Part shown: positions 27,342 through 36,608 of the stretch, piece by piece
How positions within the stretch are numbered: position 1 is the stretch's first letter
How the letters are laid out: each line of letters begins with the position of its first letter
Assembly (NCBI GenBank): GCA_041664245.1
Contig: JBAYLC010000001.1
Location: 86,654 to 150,653, forward strand
Direction of reading: 5' to 3'
DNA from: Minisyncoccota bacterium
Lineage (GTDB): Bacteria > Patescibacteriota > Minisyncoccia > UBA6257 > 2-01-FULL-56-20
Length of the DNA stretch: 64,000 bases
Notes under the pieces: generated by a model
What the model was told of the DNA's origin: nothing
The model's database searches: none
Seen by the model: only the letters and a program-made list of their open reading frames with translations
Translations under genes and position numbers: made by a program

Positions 27342-28937
27342 ATGAAAAAAATATTAGGTATCGTTTTATTCGTTGTTATCGGTTTCGGTATTTTTCCCAG
27401 TCACGGTTCCGCTCAAACGGTCGGCGAGCTTCAAACGATGATCAACACCTTATTACAAGAGATTCAGAAACTCCAAGCCCAGCTGGCGGCAACTCAGCAA
27501 ACCGGCGGTCAATGGTGCTACACATTTAATAATAATTTAGGAGTGGGTAGTACTGGAAACGCAACTCGCAACGACAATACTGGTGAAAATGATATCAAGG
27601 CGCTTCAAACTGCGTTACAGAAAGAAGGCTTTTCGTTAGGCAACAGCGGCGACATCAAAACCGGTTATTTTGGCGAAGACACTGCCTCCGCCGTTGTTGG
27701 TTTCCAAGAGAAATATAAATCAGAAATCCTAACTCCGTCCGGACTCAATCATGGCACCGGCTACGTCGGTAAGGCGACCCGAAGCAAATTAAATAAATTA
27801 TATGGTTGCGGCGCAACTAGGACTAATCCCCAAACGAATAACACCATAGCGCTGATTTCTCCAAATGGAGGGGAGCAGTGGACGGTAGGCACGGTAGGCA
27901 CAGGCGGCAACGGTGTTTCTATTAAATGGACTCCCGATCCGTATTCTCGTTATGTAGAAGCCTATCTTGAGAAAAAACAAAATGATCAATTTATTGTAAT
28001 TGGTAAAGTCGTGCCATCGGGGTATGGGTCAATAGAGTGGGACGGAAACATTGATAGGGCTCCTTGGTCTGCTCCAGCAGGAGATGGTTACTATATCAGG
28101 TTAGTCAACACACAAACCGGAGCAACCGATCGCAGCGATGCGCCCTTTACTATTTTAACGCCCGGAACGGCTATTGGTTGTAAGGACGAGCAAGGAGGCA
28201 AACCAGTGATTACTTCGCTTTCGAGCAATTCTGGTCCAGTAGGGACAAAGCTTGAAATTAAGGGTTGTAATCTCTCTGGTTTTGAAGGAGACAAGAACTT
28301 AGTGATAAAAAATAGCCAAGGCGTAGGAGGAATCCTTTATGGAGAATCTGGGTCAACTTCTAATCTTATAAAAGTTACTTTGAATTCTCCGTTGTGCCAG
28401 GGAGATAACTCTTACAGTGGATTACCTTGCAATGCTTGGCTCACGTTAACCCCCGGGACATATAAAATCTACACGAGACCATGGAGTGAAAATAGTAACG
28501 AGGTAAATTTCACAATCACAAGCGTGCCTATGTCCGTTGTGTCTGTCTATTTTGGTAAAATTTCTGATTCAAATACACTTAATTGTAGTGTCACCAGTCC
28601 CGTGTCTCGTTCAATCCCACAAACGTTAGCCGTTGCTCGCGCCAGTCTCGAACAGTTGCTACAAGGACCCACTATGTTTGAATCTCAAGCAGGTTTCCGA
28701 ACCTTCCTTGGCGCGGGAATAAATATAAATTCATTGACAATCACGAACGGAGTTGCATATGTAGACTTTTCCGCACTTTCAGATCCGAGTGGAAGTGGAG
28801 CATGTGGTGTTGCTAAAATTGTATCTCAAATCACAAATACACTAAAACAATTTCCAACGATTACAAGTGTAAAAATGACCGTGAATGGAGAAGATGCCTC
28901 GATAATACTTGAAAGGATGGCCGCCGCAGTGGGTTAG
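27342..28937 (+). CDS. secreted protein with peptidoglycan-binding-like and GerMN/Gmad2-like domains
   Basis: Signal peptide MKKILGIVLFVVIGFGIF. LQTALQKEGFSLGNSGDIKTGYFGEDTASAV resembles PG_binding_1. The C-terminal region resembles GerMN. Confidence 0.55.
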   Translation: MKKILGIVLFVVIGFGIFPSHGSAQTVGELQTMINTLLQEIQKLQAQLAATQQTGGQWCYTFNNNLGVGSTGNATRNDNTGENDIKALQTALQKEGFSLGNSGDIKTGYFGEDTASAVVGFQEKYKSEILTPSGLNHGTGYVGKATRSKLNKLYGCGATRTNPQTNNTIALISPNGGEQWTVGTVGTGGNGVSIKWTPDPYSRYVEAYLEKKQNDQFIVIGKVVPSGYGSIEWDGNIDRAPWSAPAGDGYYIRLVNTQTGATDRSDAPFTILTPGTAIGCKDEQGGKPVITSLSSNSGPVGTKLEIKGCNLSGFEGDKNLVIKNSQGVGGILYGESGSTSNLIKVTLNSPLCQGDNSYSGLPCNAWLTLTPGTYKIYTRPWSENSNEVNFTITSVPMSVVSVYFGKISDSNTLNCSVTSPVSRSIPQTLAVARASLEQLLQGPTMFESQAGFRTFLGAGININSLTITNGVAYVDFSALSDPSGSGACGVAKIVSQITNTLKQFPTITSVKMTVNGEDASIILERMAAAVG

Positions 28938-28978
28938 TCAACACGCAAACCGGAGCAACCAATCGAAAATAATTTTTA

Positions 28979-29003
28979 CCCCCTTGAGTAATCAGGGGGT
29001 TTT
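28979..29003 (+). terminator. Rho-independent terminator
   Basis: CCCCCTTGAG-taa-TCAGGGGG followed by TTTT. Confidence 0.55.
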
Positions 29004-29058
29004 GTAAAAATTTCACAATCTGCCTCGCAAACGTGTTATGTGCTAAAATAAACAAGTT

Positions 29059-30213
29059 GTGATCAATTTTGGAATTTTTGAAAAACAGGAAAATTTTTTA
29101 ATCATTGAAGTTAATTCGGCTTCCACTACCGGCCTCTTAATTGGTTTAAGCGAGGAAAAAAATATTACCCTCAAGAAATATTGGCCGGAATTTTCTTTGT
29201 CAAAATTTTACCGCCGTTTTCGGCGTCGCCTCGAAAAATGGAAAATAATTGTTGTTGCCGAGCCGTCTCTCGCGTTGACTACTATTATTCCCGTCAAGCT
29301 TGATCGCGAGCTAGAGCTTGTCAAAGAACCGATTTCCGCTTCCGAACTTGAAAATATGCTCGCTCAAGCTACCGCCAAAGTTTTTAATCAGTGTCGGGCT
29401 GAAGCCAGCCAGAAACTCGGCCTCGACGAATTAGACACTATCATCATCGAACACAGCGTCAGTAATTTTAAAATCGACGGCCACAAAGTGATGAGTCCGA
29501 CCGGATTTCGAGGTAAGCATATTAACGCCTGTCTGGAATTAACTTTAACTACTCGAAAGATTTTTGATGATTGGAAAAATTTCTTTGGTGCCAATTATGA
29601 TAAAAGATTTTTTTTCACCGAATCATCCAAAGCCGAATTGTCTGCCCTAAGAAGATTAAAGCCGATGCCGATTAATTTACTTTCTTTAAGAAACGACTCG
29701 GCTGCCTTTTTTATTCTTGAAGGCGACGCTGCGGGATCAATCATTAGCCGTGGAAATTTAAATTGGTCACTCCGGCTTCTTCTGGGGGTTATTTCAGAAA
29801 ATTGGCAAATTAAAGAAAGTGTTGCCGCTCGTCTTTATAATTCCTATCTAAACGATAATATTTCGCCGAGAATGAAGTCCCATTTTGATAAAATTTTAAA
29901 ACCAGTTTTAGATCTGCTTTTCAAACAAATCGGCGCCGCCAAAATGAAGGGTCCCGCTTTTATGGATAGTGACTTAACTCTTCCTGTTATTTTTCCGAAA
30001 AAAGTCGGCAAGACGACCATTCACAACTTGCCAGATGTTTCTTCGTTAAAAGAACTGGGATTTAATATAAAACCCGAAGAATGGCCGATCCCCGCCGATC
30101 AGATTTTCCGGCGGCTTTCCCCATTTTTTGAGTTTTATTATAGAGGCAAAGAATCCCCGATTAATAGCTGGCTCCGCCGTCGTCTGCATTGGCTTGGTTC
30201 TATTTCCAGTTAA
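29059..30213 (+). CDS. hypothetical protein
   Basis: Long ORF with no confident family match. An actin-like ATPase fold (PilM/FtsA-like) is possible but unsupported. Confidence 0.45.
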   Translation: MINFGIFEKQENFLIIEVNSASTTGLLIGLSEEKNITLKKYWPEFSLSKFYRRFRRRLEKWKIIVVAEPSLALTTIIPVKLDRELELVKEPISASELENMLAQATAKVFNQCRAEASQKLGLDELDTIIIEHSVSNFKIDGHKVMSPTGFRGKHINACLELTLTTRKIFDDWKNFFGANYDKRFFFTESSKAELSALRRLKPMPINLLSLRNDSAAFFILEGDAAGSIISRGNLNWSLRLLLGVISENWQIKESVAARLYNSYLNDNISPRMKSHFDKILKPVLDLLFKQIGAAKMKGPAFMDSDLTLPVIFPKKVGKTTIHNLPDVSSLKELGFNIKPEEWPIPADQIFRRLSPFFEFYYRGKESPINSWLRRRLHWLGSISS

Positions 30214-30247
30214 TTGTGTAAAATTTGAGTTTTTATGTTAATATAAA

Positions 30248-31876
30248 TTGGCAAAATTAGTTTCTACATCTATGAGGAAAATTTTTATAAATAAAAACGA
30301 AGGCGTCGCCGAAATTGTCGAAAAAATTATCGCCGAACTTGAGCCGGAATTGATTCTCGTTATTCCAAAAAATTCCATCCTCACCGAATCAATTAGTAAT
30401 TTTCATTTGATCAGGCGCGAAGCCGAAGCCAGCGGCAAAAGCATCCAAATTGAATCGGTTGACGAGAATATTCTCTCCTTGGCTAAAGCTAGCAAGCTTG
30501 ATTCAGCTCATCCGTTTTTTGAAAAGAAGAGAGTTGGCTCGGCGGTTTCCGATATTGTCCCCAGCGGAACTCGTCCAAAATCAAGAAAAAAATTATCTGT
30601 CAAAGATATCGAAAGCGAAGACGCCGAAGAGGATGATGATCTTGATGAAGAAATTGAAGAGCTAAGTTCCAAAGGAGAAAGGGGGGGTGGTTTTGATAAT
30701 AGTCCCGTCTTAGAGCATCGTCATTCCCGAAAAAGATTTTTCGGTCCTAAATTTTTTATTTTTGTTGGCCTGGTGATTGTCGTCATTATCGCCGGAATGT
30801 TCTTAATCAATAAATTCAGTCAGGCAGAGGTAATTATTAGTTTTAAAAAATCCCCTTGGCAATATCAGGGAACAATAACGGCTAATGTATCTGCTTCTCA
30901 AATTGATTTGAGTGATAATGTTGTTCCCGCCTCTTCCCCAACTGAAGAAAAAAGCAGTGTTTCGTCTTTTCCCGCTTCTCAAAAACAAAATGTAGCCGAC
31001 AAAGCCACCGGAAAAATCACTATCTATAACGCCTATAGTTCGGCAAAGCAATCCTTGGTTGCCACCACTAGATTTGTAACTCCGGACGGAAAAACTTTTC
31101 GAATTGATAAATCCATTACCGTTCCAGGGGCTGAAGTTAAAGACGGGAAAATTATTCCTTCTAGTATCGAGGCCGACATTACCGCCGACAAAGCCGGAAC
31201 CGACTACAATTTAGGTCCCATTGATAAATTAACTATTCCCGGTTTTAAGGGTTCACCGAAATATAGCGCTTTCTACGGCGTGATTGCCGGCAAAACCACC
31301 GGTGGGTTTATCGGAGAAAGATTGGCCCCGACGACCAAAGACATCGCCGCCGCTAAAACTAAGGTTACCGACGATCTCAAAGCTAGTTTTAAAAATAGTC
31401 TCTTCTCAAAACCACCAGAAGGATTAAAAATATTAGATGGCGCCACCACTCAAGAAATTGGAAAATTGTCGGTTATAACTAAAGTTGACGAGAAGGGGAA
31501 TTTTTCCGTTGTCGGCACAATTACTCAAAAGGCCATTGCTTTCAAGGAGAGCGATTTAAAAACTTTACTGGAATCAATCGTGGCTAAAGATAACCCTGAT
31601 ATGGTTTTTGAAAAGTACGACGTAACTTATAGCCAAATAACTCCTGATTTTAAAAATAATAAACTTAGTCTTTCGATTTCCGTCAAAGCCACGCTGACTC
31701 AAAAATTCTCCCCCGAGGAATTTAAGAAAACAATCCTTGGTAAAAAAATAGAAGAGGCAAAAAGTTTAGTTTTGAAGATTCCTAATTCAGAAAATGCCCG
31801 GGTTCGTTTATGGCCCAGCTGGTTTGTCTTCAGTATTCCTGGCAACGCCTCTAGGGTAAAAATAACCGTTAACTAA
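30248..31876 (+). CDS. hypothetical bitopic membrane protein (acidic cytoplasmic N-domain, one TM helix, large extracytoplasmic domain)
   Basis: Acidic run ESEDAEEDDDLDEEIEE, then TM helix FFGPKFFIFVGLVIVVIIAGMFLI. Confidence 0.45.
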   Translation: MAKLVSTSMRKIFINKNEGVAEIVEKIIAELEPELILVIPKNSILTESISNFHLIRREAEASGKSIQIESVDENILSLAKASKLDSAHPFFEKKRVGSAVSDIVPSGTRPKSRKKLSVKDIESEDAEEDDDLDEEIEELSSKGERGGGFDNSPVLEHRHSRKRFFGPKFFIFVGLVIVVIIAGMFLINKFSQAEVIISFKKSPWQYQGTITANVSASQIDLSDNVVPASSPTEEKSSVSSFPASQKQNVADKATGKITIYNAYSSAKQSLVATTRFVTPDGKTFRIDKSITVPGAEVKDGKIIPSSIEADITADKAGTDYNLGPIDKLTIPGFKGSPKYSAFYGVIAGKTTGGFIGERLAPTTKDIAAAKTKVTDDLKASFKNSLFSKPPEGLKILDGATTQEIGKLSVITKVDEKGNFSVVGTITQKAIAFKESDLKTLLESIVAKDNPDMVFEKYDVTYSQITPDFKNNKLSLSISVKATLTQKFSPEEFKKTILGKKIEEAKSLVLKIPNSENARVRLWPSWFVFSIPGNASRVKITVN

Positions 31877-31893
31877 TGCTTTTCAGGCCTATA

Positions 31894-31923
31894 TTGACAC
31901 CCTCTGGCTTTTTAGCTTATAAT
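31894..31923 (+). promoter_or_regulatory. sigma70 promoter TTGACA-18-TATAAT upstream of infA operon
   Basis: Hexamers at 31894-31899 and 31918-31923. Confidence 0.45.
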
Positions 31924-31943
31924 TTCCAAACCAGTTTTAGTTT

Positions 31944-32165
31944 ATGGCTCTAAATTCAGGTTCTGATCTCGAACGCCAAATCGGGCTTGTAAAAGAAGCA
32001 TTGCCCGGGTTAGCCTTTAAAGTTTCCTTAGGAGAAAATAAGGAAATAATGGCATACCTGGCTGGTAAAATGAAGTTACATCGAATCAGGATACTCCCCG
32101 GCGATAGGGTGATGGTTGAAATAAGTCCCGATGGCCGTCGCGGCCGGATTATTCGCCGATTGTAA
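31944..32165 (+). CDS. infA: translation initiation factor IF-1
   Basis: S1-like fold sequence ...ISGKMK..RIRILPGDRV.VE.SPYD-like, about 72 aa. Confidence 0.85.
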   Translation: MALNSGSDLERQIGLVKEALPGLAFKVSLGENKEIMAYLAGKMKLHRIRILPGDRVMVEISPDGRRGRIIRRL

Positions 32166-32175
32166 AATTTAAAAA

Positions 32176-32289
32176 ATGAAAGTCAGATCGTCAATTAAAA
32201 GAATTTGCAACTACTGCAAAATAGTCAAAAGGGGAGGTCGGAACTACGTTATCTGCAAGAATCCCAAGCATAAACAACGACAGGGTTAA
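32176..32289 (+). CDS. rpmJ: 50S ribosomal protein L36 (37 aa)
   Basis: [37 protein letters not shown]. Not in the ORF track. Confidence 0.8.
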   Translation: MKVRSSIKRICNYCKIVKRGGRNYVICKNPKHKQRQG

Positions 32290-32310
32290 GCACCCATTTT
32301 TTAATTAACT

Positions 32311-32694
32311 ATGAGAATAATCGGCGTCAACGTTCCCGACGATAAAAAAGTAGAATTTGCTCTTACCTATCTTTATGGTATTGGTTTGTCTTTAAGCCGC
32401 CAGATTTTAAACAACGCGAAAATCGATCTAGGTAAAAGAGCGAAAGAATTGACCGCCGAAGAAGTAAATAAAATTCAAAATGTTTTAGAAAAAAAATATC
32501 AAGTAGAAGGAGAGCTAAGGCAGAGCATTAAACGAAATATTGAACGGTTGAAAAATCTTCAAACCTACCGGGGAACCAGGCACGCCCGCCGTTTGCCGGT
32601 GCGAGGCCAACGGACAAAAACTAATTCCCGAACAGTTCGCGGAAACGTTAGAAAAACTGCCGGTAGCGGCAAACGTAAAGTTGACCTTAAATAA
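32311..32694 (+). CDS. rpsM: 30S ribosomal protein S13
   Basis: MRIIGVNVP...ALTYLYGIG start typical of S13. Confidence 0.9.
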   Translation: MRIIGVNVPDDKKVEFALTYLYGIGLSLSRQILNNAKIDLGKRAKELTAEEVNKIQNVLEKKYQVEGELRQSIKRNIERLKNLQTYRGTRHARRLPVRGQRTKTNSRTVRGNVRKTAGSGKRKVDLK

Positions 32695-32695
32695 C

Positions 32696-33148
32696 ATGGG
32701 AAAGAAAAAAGTTATCGCTCAAAACGCCGAAACGGCCTTAAAAGAGAAATCAGTAGTCGATGAAGCGTCGGTTCGTTCCAGTATTTCAAAAAAATCAAAA
32801 AGAATTGATCGGGGACGGATATACATAAAATCTTCCTATAACAACACCTTAGTGAGCGTCACTGATGTGAATGGAAATCTAATCGCTTGGGTTTCTTCTG
32901 GTTCGATGGGTTTTTCCGGTCCCAAAAAAGCTACTCCTTTCGCTTCGTCAAAAATTATTAATACCTTAAGTGAAAAATTAAAAAACACCGGCCCAACCGA
33001 TGTTGATGTAATAATGAAGGGCATTGGCGGCGGGCGCGATTCTGCTATTCGTTCTCTGGTTAATCACGGCTTTAATATTATTTCCATTAGAGATGTTACT
33101 CCGATTCCGCACAATGGTCCGCGACCGCCAAAACCTCGCCGCGTCTAA
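32696..33148 (+). CDS. rpsK: 30S ribosomal protein S11
   Basis: RIYIKSSYNNTLVSVTDVNGN...SSG..GF.G.KK.TPFA pattern. Start taken at ATG 32696. Confidence 0.85.
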   Translation: MGKKKVIAQNAETALKEKSVVDEASVRSSISKKSKRIDRGRIYIKSSYNNTLVSVTDVNGNLIAWVSSGSMGFSGPKKATPFASSKIINTLSEKLKNTGPTDVDVIMKGIGGGRDSAIRSLVNHGFNIISIRDVTPIPHNGPRPPKPRRV

Positions 33149-33164
33149 ATTTTTATATTTAATC

Positions 33165-33785
33165 ATGATCAAAGCAAAAGAAAAAAAAGAAAGAGCTCTT
33201 GGCGAACGGCTTCACCTGAAAGGGCGCTGCCTAACCGCAAAATGTGCGGCGGTTCGCAAACCTTACAAACCCGGCGTTCACGGCCAGAGCCGAAAAGGCG
33301 GTAACAGAACTCTCTCCGAGTTTGGTCGGCAGATTAAAGAAAAGCAGAAATTTAAAGTCAGCTATGGCCTTACCGAAAAGAATTTGAAAAATATTTTTGA
33401 GGCCGCCCTCAAAACGAAAGGTTCCACCGCTGCAAAGCTTATTGAACTTCTTGAGCGCCGTTTGGATAACGCAATTTTCCGCCTCGGATTTTCCGTTTCC
33501 CGGCAATCTGCCCGCCAACTTATCAATCATGGCCACATTTTTGTTAACAAAAGCAGAGTTCGTTCACCCGGATTTCTATTAAAGAAAGGGGATATTATTG
33601 CCTTTCGTTCTGAATCTAAAGATATCAAGGTCGTAAAAGACATTGTTGATTCTATAAAAAAATACGAGGCGCCGGAGTGGCTCATTCTTGATAAAGAAAA
33701 ATTGGAGGGTCGGGTTATAAAAGAGCCGAACGATCTTACGCCGCCATTTGAAGTAAGTTTATTAATTGAATCATTTTCAAAATAA
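33165..33785 (+). CDS. rpsD: 30S ribosomal protein S4
   Basis: Zinc-finger-like C..C region and an S4 RNA-binding domain (LDN.IFRLG...AR.LI.HGHI.VN). Start taken at ATG 33165. Confidence 0.8.
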   Translation: MIKAKEKKERALGERLHLKGRCLTAKCAAVRKPYKPGVHGQSRKGGNRTLSEFGRQIKEKQKFKVSYGLTEKNLKNIFEAALKTKGSTAAKLIELLERRLDNAIFRLGFSVSRQSARQLINHGHIFVNKSRVRSPGFLLKKGDIIAFRSESKDIKVVKDIVDSIKKYEAPEWLILDKEKLEGRVIKEPNDLTPPFEVSLLIESFSK

Positions 33786-33824
33786 AATCTAAAAACCAGT
33801 CGATTAAAAATTTAATTTAAAAAA

Positions 33825-34613
33825 ATGAATTTTACCTATCTTAGTAAAACGGTCAGCATTAAAACGATTTCCGAAAGTCTGAATCAGGGCGTTTTTGAAA
33901 TCGAAGGCCTTTTTGCCGGTTATGGTCTAACCATCGGCAACGCTCTCAGGCGAGTTCTCATTTCTTCTTTGCCTGGCGCCGCGGTCACTCAAATAAAAAT
34001 TAAAAACGCCTCCCACGAATTTACGACCCTTCCCGGCGTAAATGAGGACATGGTGGAAGTATCCCTTAATTTTAAAAAACTTCGTTTTAAAATGAGCATC
34101 GATGAACCGCAAGTTTTAACCCTAAAAGTCAAAGGTGAAAAAGTTGTCACCGCGGCCGACATAAAAATTAATTCCGAAGTTGAGATCGTTAATCCTAATG
34201 AAATAATCGCCACTCTAACCTCAAAAAGTGCTGAGTTAGATATAGAGCTAACTGTTAAGAGGGGATTGGGATACTCTGCTGTTGAAGCCAGAAAAGACGA
34301 AGAAAAACTTGGAATTGGTGCTATCGCCATTGATGCTTTCTTCTCGCCTGTCAGAAAGGTAAGCTACACAGTTGAAAATATGCGGGTTGGTGATATTACT
34401 AACTATAATCGGCTGAGATTTGATATCGAAACTGATGGCACTATAAGCCCCTCTACCGCCCTCCATAAATGCGCCAACATTTTGATTGACCACTTCAAAG
34501 CCATTTCCGAAGTTAACGCCCAGGAATTCGATCTTCCCGCGACTAAAGTCAGCAAGGAAAACGAAGGGGTAAAAATAAAGAAAGCTTCCAGTAAGAAAAA
34601 GAGCGAAAAATAA
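33825..34613 (+). CDS. rpoA: DNA-directed RNA polymerase alpha subunit, N-terminal domain only (no alpha-CTD)
   Basis: GNALRRVLISSLPGAA and the NTD architecture. The protein ends after about 262 aa with a Lys-rich tail (KIKKASSKKKSEK). The ~80-aa alpha-CTD is missing, and rplQ follows directly. Confidence 0.8.
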   Translation: MNFTYLSKTVSIKTISESLNQGVFEIEGLFAGYGLTIGNALRRVLISSLPGAAVTQIKIKNASHEFTTLPGVNEDMVEVSLNFKKLRFKMSIDEPQVLTLKVKGEKVVTAADIKINSEVEIVNPNEIIATLTSKSAELDIELTVKRGLGYSAVEARKDEEKLGIGAIAIDAFFSPVRKVSYTVENMRVGDITNYNRLRFDIETDGTISPSTALHKCANILIDHFKAISEVNAQEFDLPATKVSKENEGVKIKKASSKKKSEK

Positions 34614-34632
34614 TAACCATTAATCATCTTCC

Positions 34633-34986
34633 ATGCGTCATCAGAAAGAAGGAAAAAAATTTCATCGGTTGAGTGGTGATCGCCGCCATTTTCTTAGGAA
34701 CTTAGCCAGCGACTTAATTCGAACCGGCAAAATTAAAACTACCGAAAGCCGGGCTAAAGCTCTGCGCCCGCTTGTGGAAAAGATGATTACTCTTGCTAAA
34801 AAACAAGACCTCGCCAGCCGGCGCCTTCTTATCTCCCGCCTGCATAATCAAAGAACTTCTAAAAAACTTTTTGAACAAATCGCGCCCCGTTATTCTGAAA
34901 GAAGGGGAGGCTACCTTAAAATAACAAAAACCGCCCTCACGCGAAAAAGAGATGGTTCGAGATGGGCTATAATTGAATTCGTCTAA
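34633..34986 (+). CDS. rplQ: 50S ribosomal protein L17
   Basis: MRHQKEGKKFHRLSGDRRHFLRNLASDLI start typical of L17. Confidence 0.9.
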   Translation: MRHQKEGKKFHRLSGDRRHFLRNLASDLIRTGKIKTTESRAKALRPLVEKMITLAKKQDLASRRLLISRLHNQRTSKKLFEQIAPRYSERRGGYLKITKTALTRKRDGSRWAIIEFV

Positions 34987-34991
34987 CTTTT

Positions 34992-35342
34992 ATGGAATAT
35001 CACATTGACGCAAAAAATAAAACCTTGGGCCGTCTAGCTTCAGAAATAGCGCTGATTCTCCAGGGCAAAAAAAGTCCCGCTTACGATCCGCGGCTGGTTG
35101 GCACCGATAAGGTGATTATCGAAAATGTTGGCACAATAAAAATTACCGGCCGAAAAGCCAAGCAAAAAATCTATTACCGGCACACCGGCTATATGGGCCA
35201 CTTAAAGTCAGCCACCTTCGAAGAAATTATGGCGAAAGATCCCAGAAAAGTCCTTCGGGAAGCGGTGAGAAGGATGTTGCCCAAAAACTTTTTAAACCAA
35301 AAGAGAATGAATAATCTGATTTTTGTCGAAAGCAAAAAATAA
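34992..35342 (+). CDS. rplM: 50S ribosomal protein L13
   Basis: LGRLASEIALILQGKKSP pattern. Confidence 0.85.
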   Translation: MEYHIDAKNKTLGRLASEIALILQGKKSPAYDPRLVGTDKVIIENVGTIKITGRKAKQKIYYRHTGYMGHLKSATFEEIMAKDPRKVLREAVRRMLPKNFLNQKRMNNLIFVESKK

Positions 35343-35348
35343 TTTTAA

Positions 35349-35804
35349 ATGATTAAAAAAGAATTAAAACCGAAAACTGCCGCTTCCGAAAGTTCTTCAA
35401 CAGCAATCAAGTCAAAAGTCCGCTATTTTGAAGGTATCGGCCGCCGCAAAACTGCTGTTGCTAGAGTCAGGATTAGTCCCGGTCATGGCAAAGCAATAGT
35501 TAACGGCAAAGATTTAATCGCTTATTTCAAAATTTCTAGACTTGGGGAATCTGCTCTTTCTCCGCTTAGGGAGTTAAAACTTAGCGATAAATTTGATGTG
35601 CAGGCAAAAATTATCGGCGGGGGAATCAATGCCCAAGCTGAAGCTCTTCGCCATGGTTTAGCTCGGGCGCTTGTTCTCTCTGATGAAGAATTAAAAAAGA
35701 GATTAAGAGTTTTTGGATTTTTGACTCGGGATTCCAGAATGGTTGAGCGGAAAAAGTATGGCTTGAAAAAAGCAAGGCGCGCGCCTCAATGGAAGAAACG
35801 GTAG
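35349..35804 (+). CDS. rpsI: 30S ribosomal protein S9
   Basis: GRRKTAVARV and C-terminal GLKKARRAPQWKKR. Confidence 0.9.
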   Translation: MIKKELKPKTAASESSSTAIKSKVRYFEGIGRRKTAVARVRISPGHGKAIVNGKDLIAYFKISRLGESALSPLRELKLSDKFDVQAKIIGGGINAQAEALRHGLARALVLSDEELKKRLRVFGFLTRDSRMVERKKYGLKKARRAPQWKKR

Positions 35805-35846
35805 TTTCTGGAATTGAGGCGAAAGAGGGGGTCGGGGAGAAACGGG

Positions 35847-35935
35847 AAATGAGTTTCTCCCTGTTTAGGAGTAAACTAAGAACCGAGGGTTCTTAGGGAG
35901 CCCCGCGCTAAGCGGGACGACGCCGAAGCGGAAGA
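35847..35935 (+). other. structured intergenic element: three consecutive perfect hairpins without U-tracts
   Basis: GGGAGAAAC...GTTTCTCCC, CTAAGAACC-gag-GGTTCTTAG and CCCGC-gctaa-GCGGG. Confidence 0.4.
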
Positions 35936-35953
35936 ATAGATAAATTTTTCCCG

Positions 35954-36385
35954 ATGAAACGCTACGTAATTTCATTCATCTCTCTAATTATAATCTTCCA
36001 TTTTCTTGCCTGTTTTTTAAATTGGTACAAATCGCTTCCTTGGCTTGACGTTCCAATGCATCTAATCGGTGGTGTCGCGGCTGCCGCTCTTTTTTTCTAT
36101 CTCTTTTTGGAAAAATATAAAATCATCGATCCCAATCGAAATTTTTCGCTCATTATAATTCTTTCCCTTAGTTTTGTGGCTTTGATTGGTGTTCTTTGGG
36201 AATTTTATGAATACCTGGCTGACGTATATATATTCGCCAAACATCCCCTTTATCTTGTCTATGATCGAACTAACCTCCCAGATGTGATAAAGGATTTATT
36301 CAACGATCTCTTGGGCGGCTTGGCGCTCTCGCTAGTTTTTCTCAAAAGCAACAAAAAGCAGTCAAGCCTGGTTGGGGATAATTAA
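35954..36385 (+). CDS. hypothetical membrane protein (4 TM helices predicted)
   Basis: Hydrophobic helices. No family call. Confidence 0.45.
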   Translation: MKRYVISFISLIIIFHFLACFLNWYKSLPWLDVPMHLIGGVAAAALFFYLFLEKYKIIDPNRNFSLIIILSLSFVALIGVLWEFYEYLADVYIFAKHPLYLVYDRTNLPDVIKDLFNDLLGGLALSLVFLKSNKKQSSLVGDN

Positions 36386-36469
36386 ACCAAAAACAAAGCA
36401 AGTAAAACATAGCCTTTTAGCCTAATAGAGTTGTATTTGCTCATCTAGAAAATTTTGAATGTTATAATG

Positions 36470-36607
36470 GAATTAGATCCTGCTTATGATTTCGGATCAA
36501 ATTATTACTAAAGGGAATCTCAAATTTCGTTAGCCCGAGGGCTAACGTTGCGGATACCCACCTGGATTATATCCGGGAGATCAAGGCAGGATCCTAAAAG
36601 AGCCCCA
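36470..36607 (+). ncRNA. candidate small RNA (~130 nt) with extended -10 promoter and closing long-range helix
   Basis: Extended -10 TGtTATAAT at 36460-36468. 5' GATCCTGC (36477-84) pairs with 3' GCAGGATC (36586-93). Internal perfect hairpin CGTTAGCCC-gag-GGCTAACG (36527-47). It ends at a U-tract in GGAGCTTTTTTT. No gene lies downstream on the same strand; DedA converges from the minus strand. Confidence 0.4.
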
Positions 36608-36608
36608 A

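Noticed and set aside
29059-31876. PilM/PilN-like assignment for the two hypothetical proteins
   Set aside because: No diagnostic motifs could be confirmed by eye, so they are left as hypothetical.
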